Shown: positions 17,166-32,555, counted from the stretch's first letter. The stretch is DNA of 64,000 nt from Octopus vulgaris (GCA_951406725.2 OX597826.1:65782001-65846000), one strand, 5' to 3'. Translations and numbers: made by a program. The notes: generated by a model not told the origin, from the letters alone.

Positions 17166-17779
17166 TCATTTATATTTATGTACATGTAAATATGTATGAA
17201 TATAACAATATATATTGTGTTTGTGCACATGTATGTATATGCAGATATATTTATGTATATATATATGTTTATGTATATATATATATATAGATATAGATAT
17301 ATACATACATACATACACGCGCACACACACATATATATATTTATACACAAACGCACGCACTCACAGTCATATCTATATATAATTATACTGCGTATATATC
17401 CCAAAATATGGAGGTCGAAGAGTAATTGCCTTTTTATTTCCAGTACACTCGTTTGTTTATACACGCCCTTACTTGTGACCGGGCCTCTGATTCTTATAGG
17501 CTCATTAGTTAATTAATAGTTTAATTGATGGCTAACGTCCTACCATTACCGTGTTGTTTGTTGTTACTAGCGGCCACATAGAAGATGTATGTCGAGGATA
17601 AAGTAAACTGAAAACTGCTGAGGTTTATATGGAATTAAACTCACCACTAGGATGTGTGTAGAAAAAGTAAACGAATATTGTAAGGGGCAGAGTGTGTCCT
17701 ACAATAGTTTCTATAGCGTTAACTATGTTGCTGATGAGTGTGTGTAAGTGTGTATGTATACATACATACATACATACAT

Positions 17780-17877
<98 letters not shown>

Positions 17878-18089
17878 TCGATTAGAGGTTGTGTTAACCT
17901 CATAAATGAATGGTTTCATCTAAGGAAATACTGGTTCATTACCTAGTATTTGGGGGAATTAATTTCCTTAAAATAATAGGCATATATATTTTTAAAAAAA
18001 AACATAGTTTATAGTCATATAAAAGAAGAAGGGGAACATGGAGATTGGGAAATCAATAATTGTTTATTATTAACAGCAAATTAATCATC

Positions 18090-18265
18090 TTCACTTACTG
18101 CTGTTTCAATTAGTTCTCAGTAAATATTAAGTAAATATTAGATTTATAGTTGACTGAATGGTATAATGAATCCATAAACATATAAAACATCCAAGGGTAT
18201 ATGATTCCTTCTTAATATATAATTTTGCATTTTAAATACCTTGTATGGAAAATCATCAGAGTGTA
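18090..18265 (-). ncRNA. Degenerate hammerhead-like motif with very long stem II region
   Basis: Minus strand: cact-CTGATGA-[~145 nt]-GAAACAGCAGTA-agtg. Stem II closure is not evident. Confidence 0.4.
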
Positions 18266-18746
18266 CATAGGACAATAAAGATTGCATTAGGATGCGTTTG
18301 GAATACTAAGAATATATAGAAATATTTCTTATGCGTTGCTTCATTCCCTAACTCGACGCACATAAACAACATGACCTCCTAAACTCAAGATCTTTAGCGA
18401 GACACCACTTTAGGTATGGATGTACCTGATGTGACCCAAACTTTAAAATGGATGCAATACATGTTGAACGGAGTCCCATCCCTAAAGGATAGTAGCAAGG
18501 TGGGAAGAAACGGTCGTCGTACAAAATAAAGACTAATACCAAATCCATCTTCTGGTTACTTAATCAATTATTATTATCTCAACTAACACTGCGTAATTCC
18601 TGAAGTTGATCTAACGGAAATATGCTCCGACTGCGGATGATACCAGGTAGCCCAAACCGTGCCAGTGCCCTACTCAACGCCTCAACACACTAATCGATAT
18701 ATACCCATTAGTCCCAAATATTATACAGACACACACACACGCGTGG

Positions 18747-18815
<69 letters not shown>

Positions 18816-20556
18816 GCATACATACATGCATACATACATACATACATTCATACATACATACATACATACATACATACATACATACATACATACATACATA
18901 CATACATACATACATACACACGCGTACACATGCACATGCTTTCATGCTCGTACGCACTCACAATCATACACATATAAATGTTAATAAGACAGTTTCTCGT
19001 GTAGTAGCGTTTCTTTTTTCTATTAAGATATGGGACTAAGATAAAGTTATATATTATGAATAAGTAACTAATGCGTTTTCAATATAAACAAAATCGTTAA
19101 ATACTATAGCCAAATTTCGCCACAAATTTGTATATTTGATGTACATATTAGATAATATAGTTCTGGATACACCCGATCTCAAAAAAAAAAAAATATATAT
19201 ATATATACTTGATGGTCACAGGTGGAACAACTTTGATAATAAATTTGCTCAATCATAACTAAACGACAATGTTGACAACCATATATATTAGATGTATTAA
19301 CGATTTTCTCTCTTTTTTTTTCGCGGGGAAAAATAGAGAAAAAAACTCCTTAACAGACACTCCAACAGAAATTGAAATATAATCTATAGATTGCCGGGAC
19401 AACGTACCTAAATGTTATATTAAGATTGCTTCCAATTTTTACCCTCGTAGTTGGGTGATTGATTGGTGAAAAAGAAAATGTTTGAGAAAATGAAATTAAA
19501 ACGAAAGCTCATTTAATGTACTTGGTATTGAAACATCTACTGGAGTAACTTCCCATTGGCATTAAACTAATCTATATCACTGATCAGTACAGTTATATGA
19601 TGCTTTCATATAGTATAAACAAAAGTTCGTGAATTTCAATTTTGTTTTAAGAAATAGTCCATTTGCTTCTTCCATATGCTCGAAGTAATTAGTAAACAAG
19701 TCTTTAATGGTAGATCTTTATATATTAATTAAACCGTTAATTAGGTAATAGTAAAGATTCTTCAAAGACCATATGTGTCTTAAGGGCGTGTATAAACACA
19801 TAAATGTAATTAGCGGAGAGGGGGAGAAAAATCAACATATTTATTGACCTCCATATTTCAGGTAAAGTACGTAAGTTTATAAACATATGTGTGTATGTAA
19901 GTGTATGTATGTATGTATGTATGTGAGCGTGCGTGCACACATACATATATGTAAATAAATACACACGCGTATAGGCACAAATACATACACACATTAAGTA
20001 CGTAAATATATGCGTGCGTATACAATCACAGGTATGTGTATTCAGATATTGTTTAACATATGTATGTGTGTGTGTGTACGTACATACGCAAGCGTATTTA
20101 TCTATCTGTATATATATATATGTGTGTGTGTGTTGTGTATGTGTGTGTGTGGATCAAAACAGTTTGATTCAAATTCGTTGTTACTCTTGAGTTTCAAGCG
20201 TGTTGCAAGTCATCGGCCATTTTAGATTTATAAATATATAATATCAAGATTCAGGTGAATAAGGGTAAGGCGGCTGATCGGGACAAAATTAAAATGCATA
20301 CATAGCAACTATGTAAATAAATACACACACGTACAGACACAGATACATACACACGTTATGTCTGTAAATATATGCGTGCGTATATCATCACTGGTATAAA
20401 TCTTAAATACTCCTTTCCCACATATGTAAAAACACTTTTCAATGTTTTACTTTGATTTAGCAAACTCATTCTGTGACCAGCGATGATCGTGGAATCACAA
20501 AATATGCACATGTCGTGGATTATAAATGTTTTTAGATGTCCTTAATAGTATAGCTC

Positions 20557-20652
20557 GTGTATTCATCAGAAGAAAACGTTTTTTTTAATAATGATATAGT
20601 ACTCCTTAATCAGTTAAGAAATTCGTTAGAAACAGGTGTAATGAATTGACAC
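20557..20652 (+). ncRNA. Decayed type I hammerhead ribozyme
   Basis: Stem I attcat/atgaat (extended by gtgt/acac), core CAGAAGA (U4>A), stem II aacg/cgtt, GAAACAGGTGTA (near-palindrome of ACAGCTGT). Confidence 0.6.
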
Positions 20653-20666
20653 CTATTCATTGTTTG

Positions 20667-20803
<137 letters not shown>

Positions 20804-21009
20804 TGTGTGTGTTGTGTGTAAACAGTAAAGCGAGTAGCCATATCATAGTGGCAGATGAATGTTACTGCTAGTTTATCCCCAGGCGGATTCTCTGCGTAGG
20901 CTTTTCCATTCTACCCAAGCGTTAAACTAATACACCTGCTTGTTTTTCCTTCACCTGTCTTCGTCTTCTGTTTTCTGTAAATTTGAACTATATATACACA
21001 CACACATGC

Positions 21010-21066
<57 letters not shown>

Positions 21067-21334
21067 TAATATATAAGTGTGTGACTAGGGGCGAGGATGT
21101 TTCATCAGATTCTGTCATATTTCCAGGCGGAGCAGTCGCGAATTACGAGGCTCAATTTTTACTAATGTCCAGCGAAAGTGATATATATATATGCATCTTA
21201 GTTTCAGTATCATCTGGATTCTGCCTGTCTTATTTAAATAATAATTTGTTTAGAGAAATTGAGACATACACGTGTGTCTATTTCCCCACAGAGATATACG
21301 CACACATATGCATTATGCATAATATATATATATG

Positions 21335-21462
<128 letters not shown>

Positions 21463-21856
21463 TATATGTATGTATAAAAATTATACACGAAGGGGAAGCT
21501 ACAGCGTGGTTTACCATCACGCAAGAAATGGGAGTTAAGTCCCAAACCACGAAAAATATATCCTTATTTTAGCGCGTTGAAAATTAAGGCGGGTAGGAAT
21601 TCAAATGTGAGACAATTCGCCCTTAACGATCAAATACACTAATCAATCAATCAATGCATCAAACCGTCTATGGCTCACCAGGGAGAATCGCTGTTGACAT
21701 ATAAATATAAAAACGAATACGAACCGCATCAAACAAGACATTGCACAACGATTTTTCATCTTTATACATACATATGATATTTGCAGTCTACGGACATTTT
21801 TACTCACGCTGAACACTGGTAAAAATTTAGCATTTAATTTTTACCCTATATTTAAA

Positions 21857-21928
<72 letters not shown>

Positions 21929-22582
21929 ATGATATATATATATATATATACTGTACACGCACACACACACACACACGTACACACACATAATTTTTATACA
22001 TACATATAATATATAATATATATATATGCATGTATATATATATATCTTATATATACATCATATGTATATATATATATACATCATATGTATCTTATGTATG
22101 TATATATGCGCATATATGTAGATATGTAACTGTCCTTTCTTTCTCTTCCCCTCTATCTGTCTGTTGGTCTCTCTTTCTCTATATATTAATACAAATAAAT
22201 ACATACATGCGCGTGCACGTGCGCACATGCCCACATAGACACATACACACGCACACACATATATATATATTTACGCATGCATACACACGCAAGCACACAC
22301 ACTTAGTGACCGGTTTATTGAGTACAATTAGAAGCAGAAACCCCTACGCATATATGTATACCTCATATGCCTCATTAAGAATTACACATACATATGCACA
22401 CATATTCATATACATATCGAGAGACACATACTCGTTCCTACATTTATATCTATGCATACACACACACACGTGTCAGTACGTATACATACAAATACATACA
22501 TATATTATGCATACACACACATATATATAACATACATACATACCTATGTATGTATGTATGTTATATATATGTGTGTGTATAC

Positions 22583-22652
<70 letters not shown>

Positions 22653-23479
22653 AGAGAGAGAGAGAGAGAGTATTTGTGTGTATTTTTAGATGTAAACGTA
22701 TAAAACCCTGCAAAACCATTTAATTACTTCCTATGTTTATTCTAATCCCTAACAGCAAGGATTTTATAGACATCATTATTATTCTTCAGTCATTTATTAT
22801 CTTCATACCACAAAATCTCCACCAATAGCTGCGAAATATAAAAAAGCTCACCTCATTTATCATATAATTTGTAACAACAATATTTTTTGGCGTTGCTTCA
22901 GAATGACGAAAAAATTGCTGACAACATCATGCCATCCTTGTACATCCTGACAGTTGAGTCAGACCATCGTATCTATATGCAGGAAAACCTAAGTACACTC
23001 ATTATGTACCTCGTAACCCCGTAAAATATATCCCATGTATGTGGAAACTTCCTTATGCCAGAGGATAATTGATAACTTTGAACAGATAATTGTTGTAGTT
23101 GTTGTTATCTAACTGTAGTTCAAACGTGATCGAGAAGAACTATGATCAAAATCAGCTTGCTCAAACTGGGCCCGTCACTCTGAAAAGGTACATGAAAAGG
23201 TTTATGAAGTCTTGGCTGAAGAGTAAAGACTATGCATCGTAATCTCGACAATCTTGCTTGTCACTCTATATCTTTTGCAATAGTAACAAAACAGGAAAGC
23301 GGTAGGTTGATCGTTACAGTGGATTCGGTGGACAGCCATATGTCATAAACATGTTAACAGCTGTTCAGTGTAATTTCACAAGTTAGCAATGTTTTGACAC
23401 CGGATGAATGCAGTAAGACAGTTTGATCACTTTCTGAACATCTTGGGAAAACCTGGCAACTAACACTTAGTAGCACTAG

Positions 23480-24190
23480 TTCCTTAGTAGCAGTACCAAA
23501 TCAAGGAGTTCTGGTAATTTCTATAAATTATCAGGTCGAAAGCCTTCCTGAATAGATCTGCCTGTTCATTGTTGTCGATGCGCAGATTTTCAGAGCGAGA
23601 CTGGCTGTTTTACTTGCGAATTTTACTCAGTTTTATTCTCCTAGAAGTTTGTACTGAACCAGACCTGAGTACCTTAACCAGACCCTCGGTCCAGCGGCAG
23701 AAGTTTCTGACTCACATATGGACTTGTTTATCCACGCACCGAGTTGAAAATTAACTGGCTAGTCCCGGTTGATACGTACTCAGTTTTCATCTGCTACTCA
23801 TCCTATATGGTGCCAACAACCTCGATTTCTGATGTGACAACATCCGTATATGCTTCCATGGCCCTTTGCGTCCTAATCCAAGTGCGTTTCTCCTCAAAAC
23901 ATTTAACTTTTGCAGCAAGGAGTCGAGCATGGCAAAGTACAGGAGAGATGAAAGATGTCATCAGTAACACTCTAAGCGCACAATGTTAACCGATTCTGGG
24001 AGGTGACCATTGAGTTTGACCACCGAACAGATGCTGTTGTACATTGTAACGATCCATCCAGCTAAAGTGGACCTGACCCGGCTGTGCTTGGGAAAGCCTT
24101 TATAGAGTGATGTTAACTCCGTCGGAATCTTTAAGTCTGATCTACGTTTATTAGCGCCCGACCGAAAGGAGACATATTCTCGATTCATTA
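23480..24190 (-). mobile_element. Tx1/L1-clade ORF2 reverse-transcriptase fragment (decayed)
   Basis: Minus-strand remnants GWIVTMYNSICSVVKLNGHL, AYTDVV (YADD-like), INRD, QLGAW and RWTEGLVKVL.VWF. Confidence 0.8.
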
Positions 24191-24249
24191 TTACTATGTA
24201 TTGAATGAGATGAAATAGATAGATAAGATCGATAGATAGATAGACAGAC

Positions 24250-24280
<31 letters not shown>

Positions 24281-24284
24281 TAGA

Positions 24285-24324
<40 letters not shown>

Positions 24325-24401
24325 TAGATGAATGGAGAGATACATATATGTATATAGATATAAGTGTACATACATATGTATGTGTATGTGCATGTATATA
24401 T

Positions 24402-25006
24402 ATATTTCTTTATTGCCCACAGGAGGCTAAACATAGAGGAGACAAACAAAGGGATTAAGTCGATTACATCAACCCCAGTGCGTAACTGGTATTTATTTAA
24501 TCGACTCCGAAAGGATGAAAAGCAAAGCCGACCTCGGCGGAACTTGAACTCAGAACGTAACGGCAGACAAAATACCTATTTCTATTTCTTTACTACCCAC
24601 AAGGGGCTAAACACAGAAAAGACAAACAAGGACAGACAAACGGATTAAGTCGATTAGATCGACCCCAGTGCGTAACTGGTACTTATTTAATCGACCCCGA
24701 AAGGATGAAAGGCAAAGTCGATCTCAGCGGAATTTGAACACAGAACGTAACGGCAGATGAAATACCTATTTCTATTTCTTTACTACCCACAAGGGGCTAA
24801 ACACAGAGAGGACAAACAAGGACAGACAAACGGATTAAGTCGGTCGTTTATATCGGCCTCAGTGCGTAACTGGTACTTATTTAAATCGACTCCGAAAGGA
24901 TGAAAGGCAAAGTCGACCTCGGCGGAATTTGAACTCAGAACGTAGCGACAGACGAAATACTGCTGAGCATTTCGCCCGGCGTGCTAACGTTTCTGCCAGC
25001 TCGCCG
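24402..25006 (-). mobile_element. SINE family B (tRNA head plus Meta/MESC-like central domain), three head-to-tail units
   Basis: Repeated gcctttcatcctttcggggtcgat..aagtaccag core and tail ending aaagaaata on the minus strand; ~190 bp period. Confidence 0.9.
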
Positions 25007-25046
25007 TATATATAATTAGACACACACGCACGCACTCGCACGCACG

Positions 25047-25095
<49 letters not shown>

Positions 25096-25534
25096 ACATA
25101 CATACACACACACATGCATATACATACATACATACATACATACATACATACATACATACATACATACATACATACATACATACATACGCTCTACTAAGAT
25201 ATGCTATGTTCTGCGTTTTAAAAAATGGTTGTCAAGCTATAGGCGATAAAATTCAAACAGCTTATTACTGTCTTACTTCGAGGACACTGCTGTTGTGAGT
25301 TAAGCCAAATCTTAATGATTTTTCGGCGGAAATGTAAATGATATATTTGTTGACGAATCAATTATCTTTCAATCTACAAATAACGTTCGTATAAATGTTC
25401 CCATGTTTGTATATTTTCTACTGCGCTATTAAAATTTAACTGCGCACTGGAAAAAGAAAATTAAATACATATGCCGGGTCCGAACGAACACAATGAAATG
25501 TTTATAATGGTATGTAGGTCAATACAACATCATG

Positions 25535-25856
25535 TTCAATACTGAGACTTCCTTCGGTCACGACACAAACCATGGGATTGCCCCTGGAAAGCTACCCTCC
25601 CAGGCACAAGTCCGGGCAAGGTTGTTTTATGGAAGACCAGCAGTCGCCCATGCAGTGTTATCCAAGGGAAAGGCAAAAGCCGATATAGCTTGGCACCTGT
25701 GACGTCGCAAATCATTTCTAAAGCTGAGTGAACTGGAGCAACGTGAACTAAAGTGTCTTGCTCAAGAACACAACACACTGCCCGGTCCGGGATTCGAGCT
25801 CACAACCTCACGATCGTAAGCTCGACGCTCTAACCACTGAGCCATGCGCCTTCACA
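25535..25856 (-). mobile_element. tRNA-derived SINE family C, well preserved
   Basis: Minus-strand head ggcgcatggctcagtggttagagcg...gagctcgaatccc with A-box- and B-box-like motifs, followed by a non-tRNA body. Confidence 0.85.
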
Positions 25857-25897
25857 AATGTTCAATACACTGTAACCTGAATATTATAAACGGTATA

Positions 25898-26110
25898 ATG
25901 GCGGCGAGCAGGCAGAATCGTCTGCATGCTGGACGAAATGTTTAGCAACATTCTGTCAGACTTTATGTTTAGAGTTCAAATTTCGCCAAGGTCGATTTAG
26001 CCTTTCATCCTTTCGGAGTCGATAAAATAAATGCCAGTGGAGCACTGGGGTCGATGTAATCGATTTACTCTCCACCGAAGTTACTGGCCCTGTGCCAACA
26101 TTTTAAACAG
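25898..26110 (+). mobile_element. SINE family B copy
   Basis: ggcggcgagcaggcagaatcg...gcctttcatcctttcggagtcgataaaa. Confidence 0.85.
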
Positions 26111-26299
26111 CATTCAAGTGTATGTCCTTTTTCACGGTCACCAAAAGTATCTTGAATATTTTCAGGCTTACATGAAATTTTCGAGTGTATTGTATAAGTA
26201 TTCTACGATCAGTGGAAAGGTGGAATATCATAACACGTTGCTGTCATAATAAATGCGCTTGGCACACTGTAACATAGACAGAAGACATATCTTAACGCA

Positions 26300-27605
26300 T
26301 ATCGTAACAAGGACAACAGACATATAGCATCATAAAAGAGTCAGTTTATATATCATAACTTGATATGAGGCAACAACGGAGGAGAATATATCTGCTCAAA
26401 CTAAAAAGAAACAGCTTCGTATGGGTGTAAAGTCCTGCTTTTAATCAATAAAATTATTTTAAGGAAGTGCCATAAACGAGAAAAAATCTTTCCATTGCAT
26501 AGATTGATTACAAAAAACAAAAAGAAAAAAAAACGCTTGTTAGCCTTCACCATGAATGGATTGAGAAATCCATTTATGGGGAAAGCTAACAATGTTTGGA
26601 AATCCATAAAGTATCTCAAGTTGTTGATAATTTTCTCTGAAATATGAAACGCTGGAAAACAATTTTAATACTGAATTCTGTGGCAGGTACTGTGAACGCT
26701 GATGTCATTCATATATTCTGCGGTATTTTTCAAGATGATTCTCTATCATCAATTCTCTTAGGAATGCAGAACACACGATAGATCAATCAATCACCTTTTT
26801 TGCGAAAGGTGATCAACAAGCGGATCGACTTTTAACGATAGTAAAACAATTTAATGGCGATAGTGAAATGGAATATGGCCTTGATAAATACCCTAAGGTC
26901 ATATTTTTTAAAGGAAAACTCTTTAAAATCTACAACATGCAGCTAGACATGGCTATCATAATCAACGAATCAGATGCAGAAGAAAAACTGTAAATATTTA
27001 GGTGTTTGTGAGGTGGGTGGCATCCAGGAACCATAAATACGCGAAGAATGCTATCGTAGAGTTGGAGCAATCCTAAAAATCGAACTTGATGGGAGAAACA
27101 GGATTGATGCTATCAACACACAGGCAATACCTATTCTGAGCTATAGCTTTTTTATCATAAAATAGTCCATCATTAATATCATAAAATAGTTCATTAATAC
27201 AAAATTCTAATATGGGAGTTTGGACTCTCATATTAGAAGAAATAGTGGAAACAAACCTGCTTAAGTATTAGAAAATAGTGACATCGCTGTTCTTTGGGAA
27301 TTTAGTATTCAAACTGATCAAGCTGTTCAGGCCAATAGACCAGATATTATAGTGAAATATCATGTTAGCTCATAGATATATCCATCCGAGGAGACGGCAA
27401 CAGCTCAGTAAAAACGTTTGAAGAGTCAAGTAAATACAAGGACCTTGAAGCAGAAGTCTCAAAAACTGTACTTATGATCATCGAAGCTTTGGAGATAATA
27501 CCAAACGGCGCTCTTTAATACCGAGATCAAAATACCAGAAAACCCTAAAATGTCAAAGCTGCAAAAAGATTGTTCCCACGGATACAGCCCACATCCATAA
27601 TAGCA
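26300..27605 (+). mobile_element. R4/Dong-like element, multiply deleted and decayed, ending at (AAT)n
   Basis: Remnants YGCK.LLLINK, IDYKK, GIFQDDSLS, YGLDK, KYLGV, VLWEFSIQTDQ..ANRPDII and KYKDL. Confidence 0.85.
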
Positions 27606-27654
27606 TTAATAATAATAATAATAATGATGATGATGAGGAGGAGGAGGATAGTGA

Positions 27655-28030
27655 TTTTTTATATTCACCACCAAGGCGACAGATGGGAGTATATTAAGAG
27701 GATATTACACAGACAGTTTACAGCAAAAGGGCGAATTTAAATAAAAATCGAATAAGAAAAGAAAAATGAAGAAAATGAAAGCATAAGCAAAGTATCACAT
27801 TTTATAATGTCTTTAGAATAAGACTGTCACCCATGAACAATCAAAAGAAGCCCACAAATGAAGGATTATCTTGACGACCAAGGGTAAGTACCTTCTGCTT
27901 TCCTTTGGCCCACACATGTATGCTAAGGATAAACCCAGTTACTGGGGCCTTGTTTACATCTCTCACCTATCTTTCAACAAATTTACTACGTAGCACTTCC
28001 TTGTCCACCTTCACTTTCACCTATGGAAGA
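27655..28030 (-). mobile_element. Tx1-like ORF2 C-terminus and 3' UTR fragment
   Basis: Minus strand KVKVDKEVLRSKFVER*V resembles a Tx1 C-terminal motif, followed by a T-rich UTR. Confidence 0.55.
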
Positions 28031-29453
28031 CCTACGACGCGCAAACACAACATCGATATTGATGTGGTTGCAGATTGACCGTGGATTTAGACTTGATGTT
28101 TTGTTTTTTTATTATTCTTGATATTGTTGTGGTAGTTGTACTGGTGAGTGACTGATTTTAGCACTGTTTCACGTTTTATCTATTCACCGGATTTTTTCTT
28201 TTTTGTGTGATGAGGCAACTGTTATCTGTTTCTTTCCTCTTAGCACTTCTGCTAATGACATTTCACCATGCTCCAGTCCCTTCTTCTCCTCTTCACCATT
28301 TCATTAGAAACCACAGGGGAAGGGTAGACGTTGGTTGATGCATGCGTATATATATTTCTGCATTTTGAGTCAATGTTCGTGTTGTTCGGATGGGAGGATA
28401 CCCTTGCATAACTTCCTGTTTTGGGCGTGATAACAGTTATTCCTTTCATTGCTTTGGTAGTAATGTTGGTGTTACTTTCAGTTGTTCTTGCTATCGTTGC
28501 TGCTGCTATCACTACCTCTGTTCTTACCTGCTTCTGTGGATACTACAACTGTAGTTTATGTCCTCAGGCACGAGGGTTGGTGCTACTTCACGTGTATCAC
28601 CTGGCTATCTTACCTTCTGCTGCAACCCTTATCAGATCTCCACTTTCAAAGTATGATGGGGTCTAGGATCTTTCAGGAATGCACAGTACCTGCGCCTATA
28701 TTTTGAGACGACATCTTTTCTATCCCTTTCTTCATTGAAGAATAAAGTCACCAACGTCCTCTGTTGATTTCCCTTTGTATTGTCATTTGGAACCTCACAT
28801 ATCCTTCATTTATTTTCGTGTCTGTGCTGGGGATAGAACTTTTCAATCTTCCTGGTCTTCTTGTTGACGCATCAGCTCCGGTTCCTTCTTTGGATGTCTT
28901 CCCTCTCCAGTTCTGGTAGCGCGAACAGTTTAAGTCTTTCTAAACACTATTTATACTTCTGCTTGAACACCGCCATATTACAAAGCGAATGTTCAATCTA
29001 CGTTTGTGCAACACTTGAAAACGACACTGCATTGTTTGTTTATATCGTAGGCGACGGCGGCGGTGGTGGTGACGATGACGGCAGAAATCTTTTTTTCATT
29101 TTTTTCTTAATGGCTATAATGATGACGGCGATATTGCTGCAGGTAGAAGCTGTTGTAATAATTGTCTCCGTTACTATAATAGTGGTGATGAGTGTTGTTG
29201 TTCCTGCGAGTCACACTGCAGTCATTGTTGTTATCGTTACTGTTGTTGCTGCTGCTGTTGTTGTTGTTGTTGTTGTTGTAGTTGTCGTCAGTTGCTGTTT
29301 TGAGAGCGGATGTAGAACTGAAGTTTGTGATGATGGTGGCGTTTCTATGGAATTCGACTGACTTAAGCACTTCAGCTTAACTTTTCTGGTGGCAGCTGTG
29401 CTAGTGCTGTTTATCGTGTTAGTGGTGCTACTGTTGCTGTTATTGTTGTTGAT

Positions 29454-29495
<42 letters not shown>

Positions 29496-29520
29496 ATGAT
29501 AATAATAACAATAATAATAA

Positions 29521-30076
29521 CTGCCCTGATGCAGTACCAGACAGTGACTCTCATGGCTTCTGCTCTTAACTGATTGGAAGTGTTATCATGTACATTGTTT
29601 TGTCTTGGTATAAAAGATGGGCTACAGCAAATATTCTGCTCAATACCACAGATTTGCTTGTCAGTTGTTTGACCTTAACCAGTTGAGCATGTCCCTTAGT
29701 GGCTGACAATATGTGCATCTCTGATCACGAGCAGAAGTAGTGGGGGAGCATCATAGCCATGTGTTGAGAGGGATTCTTTGGGGTTTGAATAGTTCACCTC
29801 TGGAAACATGGGTGTTTCGTTCAACATGCTTAAACAGCCCTTATTCAGGGACCTTTTGAGCAGGGTGGGTTACTCGACCAGAAGAAAATTCTAACTGGGC
29901 TCCACCTGCAAGGTCATATGCTGTTTATCTTGATATGAGATCATCATGTTGCGCACATATGGTTGTGATGCATGTGCCTGGTGAACCCTTATCAGACAGA
30001 TAGTCATGATGGGTATACTGGGCTTCGTATATTTTACACCAGTGTTACTTTGATGCCATGCACTGCTCTCTCACTC
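29521..30076 (+). mobile_element. ~555 bp (AAT)n-embedded non-coding retroposon, copy 2
   Basis: Starts ctgccctgatgcagtaccag directly after (AAT)n and ends ctctctcactc before (GAT/AAT)n. Confidence 0.92.
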
Positions 30077-30095
30077 AATGATGATGATGATGATG

Positions 30096-30335
<240 letters not shown>

Positions 30336-30889
30336 GCCTTTTAGCTGTACCAGGTACTGACTCTCATGGCTTCTGATCTTAACTGATTTGAAGTGTTATC
30401 GTGTGCACTGTTTTGTCTTGGTATAAAAGATGGTCTACAGCAAATATTCTGCTCAATACTATAGATTTGCTTGTCACTTGTTTGACCTTAACAAGTTGAG
30501 CATGTCCCTTAGTAGCTGACGATATGTGCATCTCTGATCATGAATAGCAGTAGTGGGGGACCATCATAGTCATGTGTTAAGAGGAATTCTTTGGGGTTTG
30601 GATAATTCACCTCTGGAAACACGGGTGTTTCGTTCAGCATCCTTAAACAACCCTTATTCAGGGACTTTTTGAGCAGGATGAGGTACTCGACCTGCAGAAA
30701 ATTCTAACTGGGCCCCACCTGCAAGATCATGCGCCGTTTATCTTGATATGAGATCACCATGTTATTCACATATAATAGTGATGCATGCGCCAAGTGTACC
30801 CTTATCAGACGGGTCGTCATGATTAGTATACTGGGCTTCGTATATTTTACCCCAGTGTTACTTTGATGGCATGCACTGCTCTCTCACTC
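30336..30889 (+). mobile_element. ~555 bp (AAT)n-embedded non-coding retroposon, copy 3
   Basis: Colinear with copy 2 and separated from it by ~260 bp of (AAT)n. Confidence 0.92.
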
Positions 30890-30904
30890 AATAATAATGA
30901 TAAT

Positions 30905-31362
30905 AATCTTTTCTACAATAGGCACAAGGCCTGAAATTTGTGGGGAGGGGACTGGTCGAACACTCGAACCCCAGTGTTTCACTGGTACTTAATTTATCGA
31001 CTCCGAAAGGATGAAAGGCAAAGTCGACTCCGGCGGAATTTGAACTCAGAACATAAAATCGTACGAAATGCGCTAAGCATTTTGCCCGGTGTGCTAACGT
31101 CACTGCCAGCTCGCCACCTTTAATAATGATAATAATTGCTGCACACACCCCAGCAACACAGCGGTATAGCAGGTGATGCAATAGAAATTTGCCTGAAACT
31201 ACCAAATGTTTCAAATTTTAGCATAAGTCTAGCAGTTTTGTGGGAGGGAATGCAACAAAATTAACCTCGGCGGTATTCGAACAAATGACGTAAAGCGTTG
31301 AAAGAATTGCAGTTAAGCATTTTGTCCCTCGCGCTAACGATTTTAACAGTTCGCCATCTTAA
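30905..31362 (-). mobile_element. Two SINE family B copies (30905-31122 and more degraded ~31200-31362)
   Basis: cgactccgaaaggatgaaaggcaaagtcgac...gccagctcgcc. Confidence 0.8.
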
Positions 31363-31650
31363 TAATGACGATATTAGCAACAACACCAAAGACAACAATA
31401 ATAAAATATATAACAACCAGCATGACTACCATCACAATTACTAAATAGCACACACCCCATCATCATCATCACCGTCATCAACAGCGGCATTGTCTCTCGT
31501 CATCTACTTGGCCAATAATCAAAACTCTAACCAAATTTTCTGTGAAATTTATTTCCTGCACGCTTTAATTTATAGTTTATCTGTCTGTGTCTCACTCCTA
31601 CTTCTCTCTGTCTTTCTCTCTCTCTATATATATATATATGTGTGTGTGTG

Positions 31651-31709
<59 letters not shown>

Positions 31710-31792
31710 GTATACACGCACACACATACATACAAACATACATCTACATGAATATGTGTGTGCATATACATATTCATATAGATATATATATA

Positions 31793-31830
<38 letters not shown>

Positions 31831-32107
31831 AATACATATATATACATATAAACACACACACATACACATATACACACACGCGCATACGTACATGCACACA
31901 TACACAAACTTAGACATACATACACATATCGCACCTTTAAGATTGTTTCTGAACAAACTAACTAACCAACTATTTCCTTCAAATCTTGAAGGTTAAAGAA
32001 ACTCGTTCTTGTATTTATTTCAACATTTGATCTTATTTCACAACTTTTTATTTTTCGTTATTTTTCTTATGTAAGACACACCGTATCACTATATACTGAC
32101 ACACACG

Positions 32108-32199
<92 letters not shown>

Positions 32200-32555
32200 A
32201 GATAACAGCGCCAAACGCCACATTATACCGTATCATACCACGCTACTATATACCACACCATCGGAATCATCATCATCGTTATCACCACCACCATCATCGT
32301 CATTACCATCATCATCATCATCATTGCCATCACGACCACCACTACCACAACCACCATCATCATCGCCATCGCCACACCACTACCTCAACCACCATCTTCA
32401 TCATCATCGCTATCGCCACAAACACAATACCATTTAATACTATGGCCATACCCTTTATACACTTCATACAACAAGCAGTACACCGCTAAATACGACATCA
32501 CTGTACAATTTACTATACTACAGCCCTAACACCACATGACACTTCTGGCACCTCA

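Noticed and set aside
24402-25006. CRISPR-like repeat array
   Set aside because: The units are ~190 bp SINE copies with no unique spacers, in a eukaryotic context with no cas genes.
25780-25856. tRNA gene
   Set aside because: The tRNA-like head continues into a SINE body and has related copies elsewhere; there is no proper acceptor stem.
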